In this document: positions 12,101-22,200 of the stretch, piece after piece | Layout: every line of letters begins with the position of its first letter | How positions within the stretch are numbered: position 1 is the first letter of the stretch | Assembly (NCBI GenBank): GCA_035084275.1 | Contig: CM068747.1 | Coordinates: 8,866,001-8,930,000, forward strand | Reading direction: 5' to 3' | DNA length: 64,000 nucleotides | From: Hydrolagus colliei | Taxonomy: Eukaryota | Made by a program: the position numbers and the translations under genes | The notes under the pieces: generated by a model | What the model was told of the DNA's origin: nothing | Database searches by the model: none | Seen by the model: the letters and a program-made list of their open reading frames with translations, nothing else

Positions 12101-14938
12101 CCCTAAGTATTTTGGAGTCAGAGACATTCTTTTACACATACGCATCAGGTTTTTTGCTTATAGTGCAAAACGAGCATGAGCCCCATTCACTGCAAATGCA
12201 GTGAGATGGTTTGCTTCTGCATGCAGGAAGTGACATTGGCAGCAACCTGATATCTCAAAATGTCAGCCTTTTAAAAGGTGGGAGACGGCCAGCTGTGAGC
12301 ATTCATAACGACATGTGCAGAAGTTCTGACCAGCTATTGCAGCCCGTTATAAAATGGGTTGAGATTTTATTGACCCCAATTACCACCTTACGAAGGGGTT
12401 CCGCTATAACTTGGCTAAGACGTTCGTTTACATGGAAGGGCACTATCTAAATACAATCAATTTTTCTCCCACAGTGAGGGAAAATTCTGCCTACAGCGAT
12501 ACCAAATTCTATTTGTGTGTGTCTCTGTCAAGGGATTACAGCTTCAACCAGACTTTGGTTCCCCCGACACAAGTACAGCAGTTGTTACATTGAGTGCCCA
12601 TGAATCGAGCATCACCAACACTTTGACAGTGCTCAACTCGAGCAACCTCGAGCAGCAGGAGGAGGATCACCAGCAACAACAGGTATTCAGCCAAGATCAC
12701 TTCCTGCAGCTCAGCAGCTCACTGTCAGACTGTGACTCTGCAGCTTCAGCGCTGGCCACTGTCTCAGTACCTGAGCATAACATAAGGCAACTGGTAACAG
12801 TAAGAGGTACTGGTCTTGATGGAGGAGTCCACCAGATTCTGCTTGGGCTGGGACAGACCATCCCTGTACAAATCATGGATGCCTCACTTTCCACAGTCAG
12901 TAAGTTCTATAATTTTGTTTTTGTTTGTTTTCTCTCCTGGAGCTACCGACCTAATGGGGTTTGGTTTCATGAGTGCTAGATGCATTCTGGTATCCTATAC
13001 AAAAATTTTAAAATTACATTTTTGTATAGTGCCTTTCACCTCGGGAATATTTACCCATTGATCATTCTTCTCAGGAGTGAGTACTTGATCTGTGGAGTAG
13101 ACAATAATAATAATAATATTCCTTGTATTTGATAAAGCGCTTTTCACATCTAGACATCTCGAATAGCTTCACAGAATATACTGTAAAGTGAGTTGTCTGT
13201 ATATTTGTGGGTTAAATGCGGCAGCCAATTGCGCACAGCAGTGTCCCACAAACAGTCGTGGATTAAAATGACCAATTATTGTTTTTTTGAGGGATTATTA
13301 TTAGACTTGTGGAGCAAGGAAACTTGCCCAAGGTTTCACCCTGACCTGCCTGGATTCAAACACAGGTCTCATACTTGTATGGCGAGGGCTCTAATCACTG
13401 AGCTACAGGACTCCACCAAACTCAAGATCAGCACCAAACTTAAACCTGCCCTTGTGGCATCCACTGACTAGCCGACCAGCAAGATTGATTTTCTTTTCAC
13501 TAATTCTAATCTCGGTTACAGAACATGACTTCTCCCTCACCTGAGAACAGCTAACTCAGTATAGCTCCTGCCTGTTCAGATGGACAATAAAGATCCCATT
13601 CCACTATTTGAAAAGAGAAGGGAATGTCTCCTAGTGTCCTGGCAAACGATCCCCCAGATTAAATAGGTCACTCACTCCATGGCACTTTATGGAACATTGC
13701 TGTGCACAATTGTGCTGCCATGTTTGCTATAAAAACACAGTCACTCCAATTCAAATTAATTATTGTCAAGCACTTTGTCCTTCCAACATGATAAGATGCT
13801 ATACCAAATGTAAGGATTATTTTTATTATTGACCCAGATTGGGACCTATATGAACTAGTGCTGCAAAGGCAGTGCCTTTACCCATATCAGGGGAAGTAAA
13901 TTTGGTTCTTGATTGCAAGAAAGCCTCTATATCAATACAAGTTGTTGTATTATAGAGAGAAGACCTAAACCCTTGTCTCTGATGTGATTTTGTTATTGTT
14001 GGTGTGTAAACAGATGAAAGAGCCAGGAGTAAAACATTGCGATGTCCAAATGCTCCATCAGAGTCCTTCATTCCATCTGCCTCTAGAGTTTCCCAAGCCC
14101 CAGAGATCAAAGCGTTTTACTCACACTATCAGTTTGCTGCATGACAGCTGATACTGTCTGCTGAGTTCAGAGCATAAGCAATCCTCAGTGACCCCCAATG
14201 AGAAAGTAATGCATCTTAATTTCTCCTGGCTGAAATCCTTTATGAGCTGCTCTCGAATATCACACATGCTGTCATCAGCAATACCCTGAAATACCACAGA
14301 CTCGCCTGGCTCAGGAACTGGATTCCTGAGATCACCACAGTGGCCTGGCTCAATTACAACTTTCTATTGCCAAGCATGTCACCTTGGAGCCAGTTCAGCT
14401 CCAAGGAGACCCTGTTTGCCTACCCCCCCTGCCCCCCCCACCCGGAGGATAGACACATGTTAACTTGCTCACTTAGTTGTAACTGATTCAAAATATATTC
14501 AAGCACTGGATATGCTGTCTAGTTGATACATGGTTATCATTCTGGGCTTACTCTTAAGGCAGTGAGTAATGGCTAACCTGTGACCCATTGGCTGAAAGTA
14601 GCCTGTGATGTCGACAAGAAGTGGCCCCATGAACATTCGCATATGTCTCTATGTTTTTTCTTGATTGAATATTTCTTGATTTATGGCGCAGAATTTATTT
14701 TGCTGGGGGACCATAAAGGTTGGCCATCACTGCTCTAAAGGAAACATTAACTGGGAAATGCTATTGCTTTTTTACGTTGCTACTTCGTTGCTCAAGAGTT
14801 ACATTTTATTAAAAGACATTTTTTAATGTGATCTTAGCCCAGGACAGTTCTGTAAGCTACGTGAAAGAAGAGATGGAAGATGGGCGTTTATCTGGAATTC
14901 GTTCCTGCACATCAGAGATAACGGCACCAGGAGACTGA
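1..14938 (+). CDS. CARF: Calcium-responsive transcription factor (CaRF/ALS2CR8), 5'-partial spliced gene, 13 exons in window (about 677 codons)
   Basis: Exons <1-169, 2197-2317, 3629-3755, 5080-5164, 5834-6023, 6607-6727, 7528-7671, 8772-9011, 9601-9763, 10426-10501, 10863-10993, 12533-12899, 14838-14938 join in phase with GT-AG ends. The translation contains [64 protein letters not shown] and [34 protein letters not shown], nearly identical to vertebrate CARF as I recall it. Confidence 0.95.
395..715 (+). mobile_element. tRNA-derived SINE, full length (dominant family in window)
   Basis: tRNA-like head with A box and GTTCGAATCC B box, body TGTGGGACACTG..GTGCGCAATTGGCTGCC, L2-like tail ending in (ATT)n. 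Further copies lie near 838-1375, 4703-5030(-), 6870-7180, 13102-13414(-), 29688-29998, 43415-43700(-), 45365-45720 and 57280-57730. Confidence 0.9.
2197..2317 (+). CDS. CARF: CARF exon
   Basis: ttctag|[40 protein letters not shown]|gtaagg. Confidence 0.92.
3629..3755 (+). CDS. CARF: CARF exon
   Basis: tctcag|[42 protein letters not shown]|gtatgt; phases fit both neighbours. Confidence 0.88.
3785..4620 (-). mobile_element. L2-clade LINE, 3' fragment
   Basis: Degenerate ORF2 C-terminus ([29 protein letters not shown]; [26 protein letters not shown]) and the GGGATGTCCTCCTGATGTGAAAGGC tail. Confidence 0.88.
5080..5164 (+). CDS. CARF: CARF exon
   Basis: tttcag|[28 protein letters not shown]|gttcat. 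Confidence 0.92.
5834..6023 (+). CDS. CARF: CARF exon (conserved core)
   Basis: ttccag|[10 protein letters not shown]...YDGIPFVNA|gtgaga. Confidence 0.96.
6607..6727 (+). CDS. CARF: CARF exon
   Basis: ttccag|[40 protein letters not shown]|gtgaga. Confidence 0.95.
7528..7671 (+). CDS. CARF: CARF exon
   Basis: ctacag|[47 protein letters not shown]|gtaaag. Confidence 0.96.
8772..9011 (+). CDS. CARF: CARF exon
   Basis: ctacag|[14 protein letters not shown]...[29 protein letters not shown]|gtatat. Confidence 0.95.
9601..9763 (+). CDS. CARF: CARF exon
   Basis: gtttag|[36 protein letters not shown]...MTAA|gtaaga. Confidence 0.95.
9845..10250 (-). mobile_element. Older DeuSINE-type SINE with long Deu core
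   Basis: Minus strand reads GGGTGAACGTTAAAGATCTCCTGGCACTATTTGAAAAGAG, resembling the Deu domain of SacSINE1/AmnSINE1-type elements as recalled. Similar copies lie near 13560-13820, 21220-21420, 26870-27120, 51805-52060 and 55990-56385. Confidence 0.7.
10426..10501 (+). CDS. CARF: CARF exon
   Basis: tcccag|[25 protein letters not shown]|gtgtgt. Confidence 0.9.
10863..10993 (+). CDS. CARF: CARF exon
   Basis: ccacag|ENITTDS...[17 protein letters not shown]|gtcagt. Confidence 0.9.
12533..12899 (+). CDS. CARF: CARF exon
   Basis: gtcaag|[12 protein letters not shown]...[28 protein letters not shown]|gtaagt. Confidence 0.92.
13102..13414 (-). mobile_element. tRNA-derived SINE, full length
   Basis: Reverse complement of the 395-715 element, from the (AAT)n tail to the GGACTCC head. 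Confidence 0.9.
14560..14732. mobile_element. Non-autonomous hAT-like MITE in the last CARF intron
   Basis: Ends CAGTGAGTAATGGCTAACCT ... AGGTTGGCCATCACTG form imperfect TIRs; 8-bp flanks TCTTAAGG and CTCTAAAG. Confidence 0.55.
14838..14938 (+). CDS. CARF: CARF probable last coding exon
   Basis: tcttag| in phase 1 gives [41 protein letters not shown] resembles the recalled mammalian C-terminal SVSQVKQE, and about 1.5 kb of repeat-poor putative 3'UTR follows. Confidence 0.72.
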
Positions 14939-16431
14939 CCTGCTGCTTCCAGTCTGAGGGCTCTCTAAAGAAACAATGATGGTTGCCAGTGACTGATGCT
15001 GAACAGCAATCTGGAGCTTGGAGCAGTACAGAATCGCCCCGGAATACATAGGAGTTGCCGGGGCCAGATCAGGGCCTTGTTGAAGGTTCCCTTCTACTCC
15101 TATAACAGTAACATTGTTCGCCTGATTTACAAGGCAGGATGTTTGCATGGAACTTTTGCTGCTTCGTGAAAATGAACCTTACAGGGATTGACTGACTGAC
15201 AAAACATAGGTGCTGGAAGCTGCTGAAAAGGAGAGTATCCAAGTACTCTATTGATTTACCTAAGGTATACTCTTAAACATTGTTGAAAGCTAATACAGGG
15301 CCAGGATTGCATGCAGGTCTGTATTCACCAGCTGGTCTTGTACCAGAAATATCAGGATTATCTTAAGGACATGTCTCCACTACAAGTCTATTGCAGCCCT
15401 CGGTTTGAGGCTGTAATATTGCTCACACTGTTTCAAAGTCAACTTGTGAGTATTTGTGGTGGCGGTAATGGATCTCTGTGCTGGTAAGAGTATGTGAATA
15501 AAGAGCATGTTAGATCTGATCAGGCCAAATACCTCTATTCTGAAATTTCTGCAAACACATTGGGAAAAAAAACACAACACGTAGCTGGTTTGCAATAGCC
15601 ATTGTTTTGTTTGGAGTTGAAATAAGTTAGAGAGCCTGAGAGATGTCCTTGCAGTTTTTAATCTCTAGAGAAATGCCTCACTGGATTCCCTGCAAGTAGA
15701 GCTGAGCGGTGTGTTTGAGTTCTGGGAATTACAACGTTTGGGAGTGGACTGGCAGCATGCATTTTTAAATGCTGCCAATATGTAGCTTTTTTTGCTGCTG
15801 TGCTTGTCTAGAACTTTTAGCTTTGGGAAGTTTGCTTAAGGCATACCGTGAAAAGAGACAGGTTCTAGGACTGAACTGAAGAAATACATTGTTTTAAAGG
15901 CTTTGACTCTTTGGATTGACCAAGGAATACGTAGAGCCTTTAGTCACAGTATTTATCTCTTTGAAGGAATGTGAGGAGCAATGTGGGGAAGATGTGGCCT
16001 TCACTGCAACTTGTTCCCTATTTTTGGGTGAGAGAGATGGTCGTCTCTCATACCCTTCTGTATCTCGCTGCTGGTACATGGGGTGGGGGGTTAGAGAGAC
16101 CCGAGTGAGGGGGAACAGAACTACCATTTCTTCCAGTAGCGCTCTGCCTGCTGCCTTGGGATTCATATTCCTGGTTACAATGGAGGGAAGAGGAATGCAG
16201 AAACTCTGATCTCCCCCCTCTTCTCCCGTACCTTTTTAGCGGGCAACGTCAGAATGATTCATGCTCATTGGAAATAACCACTGCTAATCCACCCACCAGG
16301 CCTTGTCTAAGAGGGCGACATGGAACGGATGACATTTGGCCAAATATTATGCTGCTGCCCAATAAGACAGTGTTGGCAGAGGATTGCGGTGTTTTATTCA
16401 AAGCAATCCACAAAGGAACAAGAATAGTTCA

Positions 16432-16437
16432 AATAAA
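16432..16437 (+). terminator. Candidate CARF polyadenylation signal
   Basis: AATAAA followed by a T-rich tract, at the end of the repeat-poor stretch downstream of the stop codon. Confidence 0.55.
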
Positions 16438-16624
16438 AGCCACTTTTAATTGTATTCAACTTTTATTTTAATCATCTTGTTTTCATTTCTGACTCTCAGT
16501 CGGTGCTCTTATGATGAGTATGTTTAAATGGGGGCGCAATCCCACAGCCACTACTGGAGTCTACTAGTTTAATTATTATTATATTATTATGTTATTATTA
16601 ATGGTTGGAACACTCGCCTCGCAA

Positions 16625-17318
16625 ACTTGTTTGACCCTGAGTTGTCCTTTGTCCCCCACATCCGTGCCATGACCAGCACTGCCTTCCACCACCTCCATAA
16701 CATCACCAGACTCCGCCGCTGCCTCATCCCTCAGGCTGCCAAAATCCTCATCCATGCATTTGTCACATCAAGGCTTGACTATGGAAACTCCTTCTTTGTC
16801 AGCCTTCCTAGCTCTTCTCTCCACAAGCTGCAGATCATCCAGACCTCTGCAGCTCATGTCCTCTCCTGCACTAGCCTCCACGACCCCATCACTCCTACCC
16901 TCACCCGGCTTTAATGGCTCCCCATACCCAAGGGGATCGAATTCAAGATCCTCGTCCTCACTTTCGGGGCCATTCACAGCCTATCTCTGAGCTGTTGACT
17001 CCCTCCATTCAGTGGGCTCCAGTCTACTCCATGTCTCCTGCCCGGCCTGCCCTACCATCGGTGGCCGGGCTTTCAACCTCTCTGCCCCCACACTCTGGAA
17101 CTTCATCCCACAATCCATTTGCTTCGCTTCTTCCATTGCCTGCTTCAGGGCAGGTCTCAAGACCCATTTTTTCAAACGTGCCTTCTGCTGCCCTCCCACC
17201 TCTCGCTCCCCTCCATCCTACCCCGTGCTCGGGTCCTGACTCCTGACTGTTCAGCGCCTTGGGACGTCCTCCTGACGTGAAAGGCGCTATATAAATGTAA
17301 ATTGTTGTTGTTGTTGTT
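16625..17318 (+). mobile_element. L2-clade LINE, 3' fragment with (TTG)n tail
   Basis: FDPELSFVPHI...[19 protein letters not shown]...LHKLQIIQ; ends GGGACGTCCTCCTGACGTGAAAGGCGCTATATAAATG(TTG)n. Confidence 0.92.
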
Positions 17319-17319
17319 G

Positions 17320-18260
17320 ACATAGAGACATTGACCAGGGCTGCCTCTGTGCTGCGCTGTCGGCAGCATGGAAGTCGGATTGGAGGCGTGCACAGAGGGA
17401 ATGGCGAGAAAGAAAGGAGCGAAGCTGGGATGCAACAACTCGTTTCAGGGCCTTGAGAGAAAGGAGAAATTGGAGATGGGGCAGTAATTGGAGAGCAGGG
17501 CTGCGTGTAGGGAAGGTTTTTTTCAGGATTGGGGTGATGACAGCTGTTTTTAGAAGGTTGGGAACAGTGCAGGTGGATAAGGAGAGGTTGATGATGTTGG
17601 TTGGGGGGGTGGGGGGGGGGGGGGCAGGATGTAGATCTGGGTGATGAGAGAGCTGGGGATGGGGTTGCCGGAGCAGGTGGTGGTTTTCATTTTCGAGATG
17701 ATACCGGTGAGGGCAGAGGGAGAGATATGGTTGAAGGTGTATAGAGGGGGGATCGATTGGGGGTGGGTCTTGAGGGAAAGGTAATGGGCTGGCACTAGAC
17801 GGGATAGAAGTGGCTGAACGGATCCCCTCAATTTTGATTAACTTGGAATAGAAGGAAGATTGGACAGAGGCAAGAGCGGAGCAGTAGATCTTAGTAAGAT
17901 CAAGCCAAATCTGCTGATAGACTCAGTTTGTATTTGGTCCAGATGTGTTTGACGATTCGCACTTGTGCCTTGAGGGATCAGAGATGGCTGGTGTACCAGG
18001 GTGATTTATGGGAGTAAGTGGCAGTTTGGGAGGTGAGGGGGCAAGGAGTCAAGGATGGAGGAGAGTGATTTGTGGAGAAAAGAGAGCGAAGAGGGTTAGG
18101 TCGATTTGTGAGGGTCAGGAGTTCAGATGACTCAAGGGCAGCAGAGAGGGAGAACACTTTTTCCAGGAGCAGTAGGTGATGTTAGAGGGTTGAGTGGGGG
18201 AAAAGGGGTATGGAGGTGTTAAGGGAGATGAAGCGGTGGTCCGAGATGGCTTTATCTGTC
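17320..18260 (-). mobile_element. L2-clade LINE internal fragment (pre-RT and RT start)
   Basis: Minus strand shows degenerate ISPSALTGIISKMKTTTCSGNPIPSSL and LQSxF..HSTEAALVNV motifs. Confidence 0.75.
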
Positions 18261-18879
18261 TTTAAATACAGCCATAAATCCACAAACTTCTCCAGCAACT
18301 GACAACAATGATAATCCTTGCATTTGATATCGCGCTTTTCACATCTTCTAGACATCTCAAAACGCTTCACAGAAAATATACAGGAAAGTCAATTGACTAT
18401 ATTTGTGGGCAAAACGCGGGCGTGGATTTAAATAACCAAACAAACAACAAACAAAACTTACATTTATATAGCGCCTTTCAGGTCGAGAGGACGTCCCAAG
18501 GCGCTGTACAGTCAGGTAGGACAAGAGCAGGGTGGGAAGGATCAGGGCAGGATGAAGAATAGTAGGAAAAGTAACTGTATATTAGTGGGCGAAACGTGGC
18601 AGCCAAATTGCGCACAGCAGTGTCCCACAATCAGTCACGGAAGTGGGACTAGGGGTAAAAGGGGGTAAAGAAGCAAAAGGGGAGGGGTCGAAGCAGGGGG
18701 AAGAAAAGCAGGAAAGTCGACTGTATACTTGTGGGCGAAACGCGGCAGCCATATTGCGCACAGCAGTGTCCCCACAAACAATCGCGAAAATGGGGCCAGG
18801 GGAGAAAGGGGGAAAAGAGGGTAAGGGGGGGGGGAGATTAATTATAGGTGAATTAATTAATTATAGGTTTTTTTGACAA

Positions 18880-19174
18880 GCATCGCGGATCGCAGTGAGT
18901 TCAATTGTTTTATGTGTGTGTCCGCAGATTTGGTTTCCAAAACATACGTCACCCGAGTAATGGGGCCGTCGGTTCACTGGTCCCCAGCACGACATTAAGC
19001 GCCGCTTAATGGATAGCAGAAAACGTGATGTGGGTAGGTTGAATCGGTGCGCGGCTGGTTATGCCTGGTGGCCACGTGGTGTGCTAGCCTCTGTGACACG
19101 CGGCGGAGGTTGGCTACCACGCATGCGCGGCGGCGGGGCGGCTCACTGCCCTTCCCCCCACCCTGACTGCCGCC
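18880..19174 (+). promoter_or_regulatory. WDR12 CpG-rich promoter and 5'UTR
   Basis: Local CpG enrichment, E-box CCACGTGG (19072-19079), NRF1-like CGCATGCGCG (19120-19129), CRE-like TACGTCA near 18945, and Kozak-like GCCGCCATG at the start. Confidence 0.75.
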
Positions 19175-19215
19175 ATGTCCCAGGTGCAGGCTCGCTTCCA
19201 CACGGAGAACAAAAG
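19175..19215 (+). CDS. WDR12: WDR12 exon 1 (coding part)
   Basis: [13 protein letters not shown]|gtcagt. Confidence 0.95.
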
Positions 19216-22200
19216 GTCAGTGGCGCCGGTGGTCTCTCCTCCCCACGAGGCAGCGGCGTGTAGCGGGAAAGGAGAGCACCGGCTGGCTCCAGCGTGGATT
19301 CTGGAGGCTTCTCTCACCCCGCTTCTCCTCTCCCACCCCCCCCCCCAGCTCAGCGAGGGCCTCACTCACCATCACCCCCTCCACACACAGCATTAGCCTC
19401 ACTACCATCACCCCCTCCACACACAGCATTAGCCTCACTACCATCACCCCCTCCACACACAGCATTAGCCTCTCTACCATCACCCCCTCCACACACAGCA
19501 TTAGCCTCTCTAGCATCACCCCCTCCACACACAGCATTAGCCTCTCTAGCATCACCCCCTCCACACACAGCATTAGCCTCTCTAGCATCACCCCCTCCAC
19601 ACACAGCATTAGCCTCACTCACCATCACCCCCTCCACACACAGCATTAGCCTATCTACCATCACCCCCTCCACACACAGCATTAGCCTCTCTACCATCAC
19701 CCCCTCCACACACAGCATTAGCCTATCTACCATCACCCCCTCCACACACAGCATTAGCCTCACTCACCATCACCCCCTCCACACACAGCATTAGCCTCTC
19801 TACCATCACCCCCTCCACACACAGCATTAGCCTCACTACCATCACCCCCTCCACACACAGCATTAGCCTCTCTACCATCACCCCCTCCACACACAGCATT
19901 AGCCTCTCTACCATCACCCACCACCGATCTCAGCCATGCTCAGCACTACCACCATGGGTATGGGTACACGCTGGAGAAGCGCATGGGAGTACATGTACTG
20001 CATGCGGATCATGTCTCTGTGTTTACACCAGACCGGAGGGACATGATCCACACACTTATACCAGACTGGACAGGCATAATCTACACTCTTATGTAGGATT
20101 CGAGATCTATATAAATAAACATATAGATCATATAGATCACATCTCTGTTTACAGTGTAAACTTTACACCAGACTAGAGACACAATCTGCATATTTACACC
20201 AGACAACTTACATTAAATCGAGGGGAGCTATGTGAAGAATGTTCAGATGTCCTTCTGATGGTGCTGTGTTAATACAAAATTAAAATTACAAAATTGCCAC
20301 TGTTGTCAATCAAACAGTCAATCAGTCGCATCCTTGATCACGATAGAGTTTCCTGGAGATCCTTCCAGAGCAGCCTGTCCAGCTGCAGTAAATGAACTGC
20401 CAGGGGAAAGAGTACAGTAATGTGGTGGGAAGAGAGAGGCAATAAAAAGGAAGTTATTTTTGTTCTAGTAATAAAGATTGTGTTTGTACATACAGGTATG
20501 AAATCGATGACATACCGTTCTCTGTACCAGCCGATTCTGAAATAGTTGAACTCAGCAATGTTATTAACAAGCTACTGGAGGCAAAATATGGTGAGTATAT
20601 CCTTCAAAGTAGTGGCCAACTGGTTATTTACCAGTTGAGGTGAACTATCTGGTGTTCATTAATTGTGTCTTTTATATGAAACAATCCTTAGGACCTAATT
20701 TTATGGTGGGTTTTCAAAGACTGGGTAACCTGACCAAAGGTCCTACTCTAAATGAGTTTTCCTTTAGTCAGCTAGGTGTCTGATACACCTGGAAATCCAT
20801 CGCNNNNNNNNNNNNNNNNNNNNNNNNNNNNNNNNNNNNNNNNNNNNNNNNNNNNNNNNNNNNNNNNNNNNNNNNNNNNNNNNNNNNNNNNNNNNNNNNN
20901 NNNNNNNNNNNNNNNNNNNNNNNNNNNNNNNNNNNNAATCAGCTCTCTTATGAGATTGGGTACCTAATCTCATATCAGATAATCTCGGGTTGACAAGACC
21001 CAAACTTTGGGGCCTTCAAGAAAGTGGAGTTTAAGCAGCTAAAGATTGTGCAATACTACTGTGTGCAGCTGGCTGCCTTGTTGTAAGTTAACAAGGCAGC
21101 AAGTTGCACACAATATTTCTTTGGTCACCTTTCTACCCCTATTGTGAAGCGCTCTGAGACTCCATCTGACGTGGAGGGCACTATATAAATCAAAGTTTTT
21201 GTATTTCATGAACAGCCATTAAGTCAATGACCAATATTATTGGTGGATTGTTTGCAAGGATACTAGGAGAAACCCCCATTTCTTTCTTAATAGTGCCATG
21301 GGATCTTTAACGTAGACCTTAACAGGCAGACTTTTAATTCAGTTTAGTTTCTTGTTCGAAAGACATCTCCCAGCAATGCATCACATCCCCAGTACTGTAT
21401 TGTACTGTCATCTTCGATTATATGAATCCCAGTTTTTGGGGTCCTCCCAATGTGAAAGGTACTATACAAATGTAATTTTGTTGTTGTTGGGAGCTATTTT
21501 TGCACGCAGGGGTTGGAATGGTTACTGACATTACTGATTTTCTTTTGCACCTTTTACAGACAATCATAAACATGTGGAGTTTGACTTTCTCATCAAGGGC
21601 CAGTTCCTGCGAGTACCACTGGGGAAGCACATGGAACTGGAAAGCATTTCAACGGTAAATCGCCTGTGGTTGTGATGCTGGTTAACATTAGATTTCATAT
21701 ACTGCATCTAGGCGGAGATGAATTCAGTTGTTAGTGTGACAGCCTGGCTGAATTTTAGTAGAGCTTTAGTCTTTTAAGTATGTGGTTGTGTGTTAAACTG
21801 AGGCCCCTTCTTGTTCAGGGCTTTGGGACGTCCTCCTGACGTGAAAGTGCAATTTTGTTGTTGTTCAGGTGGATGTTGAAGATCCAGTTGTACTCAGAAA
21901 AGAACAAGGTTCTGACAATAGTCCCCCCCCATAAAATTGGTCATTTAATTAATCTTTGTGGGGACATTTCTGTGCACAAACTGATTGCCACTTTGAACTA
22001 CAAAATAATAATGTTATAGTCTATCCTGTGACATGCTTTGAGACGTCCTCCTGACTTATTTATTATATGCAACAGAGTAGCCAATTTGTGAACAGCAATT
22101 TCCTTCAGACAGACATGACGTGAATGTCCAATTTTATCCAAAAAATAATTGTCAGAAAGCCTGAAGAAATTACTTTCTCTTAAACACTACCACAGGATCT

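Noticed and set aside
14014-14144. Alternative CARF last exon (aacag|..[17 protein letters not shown]...QFAA*)
   Set aside because: It is open in the right phase but shows no resemblance to the recalled CARF C-terminus, whereas 14838-14938 does. It cannot be fully excluded as a minor isoform.
19217-19917. Repetitive ORFs ([12 protein letters not shown])n and ([12 protein letters not shown])n
   Set aside because: These are by-products of a stop-free 36-bp unit inside WDR12 intron 1, and the frames shift at the 37-bp variants.
19360-19918. 36-37 bp repeats resembling a CRISPR array near a gene called CARF
   Set aside because: The units are head-to-tail with no unique spacers. CARF here is the vertebrate calcium-response factor, unrelated to the CRISPR-associated Rossmann fold, and no cas genes are present.
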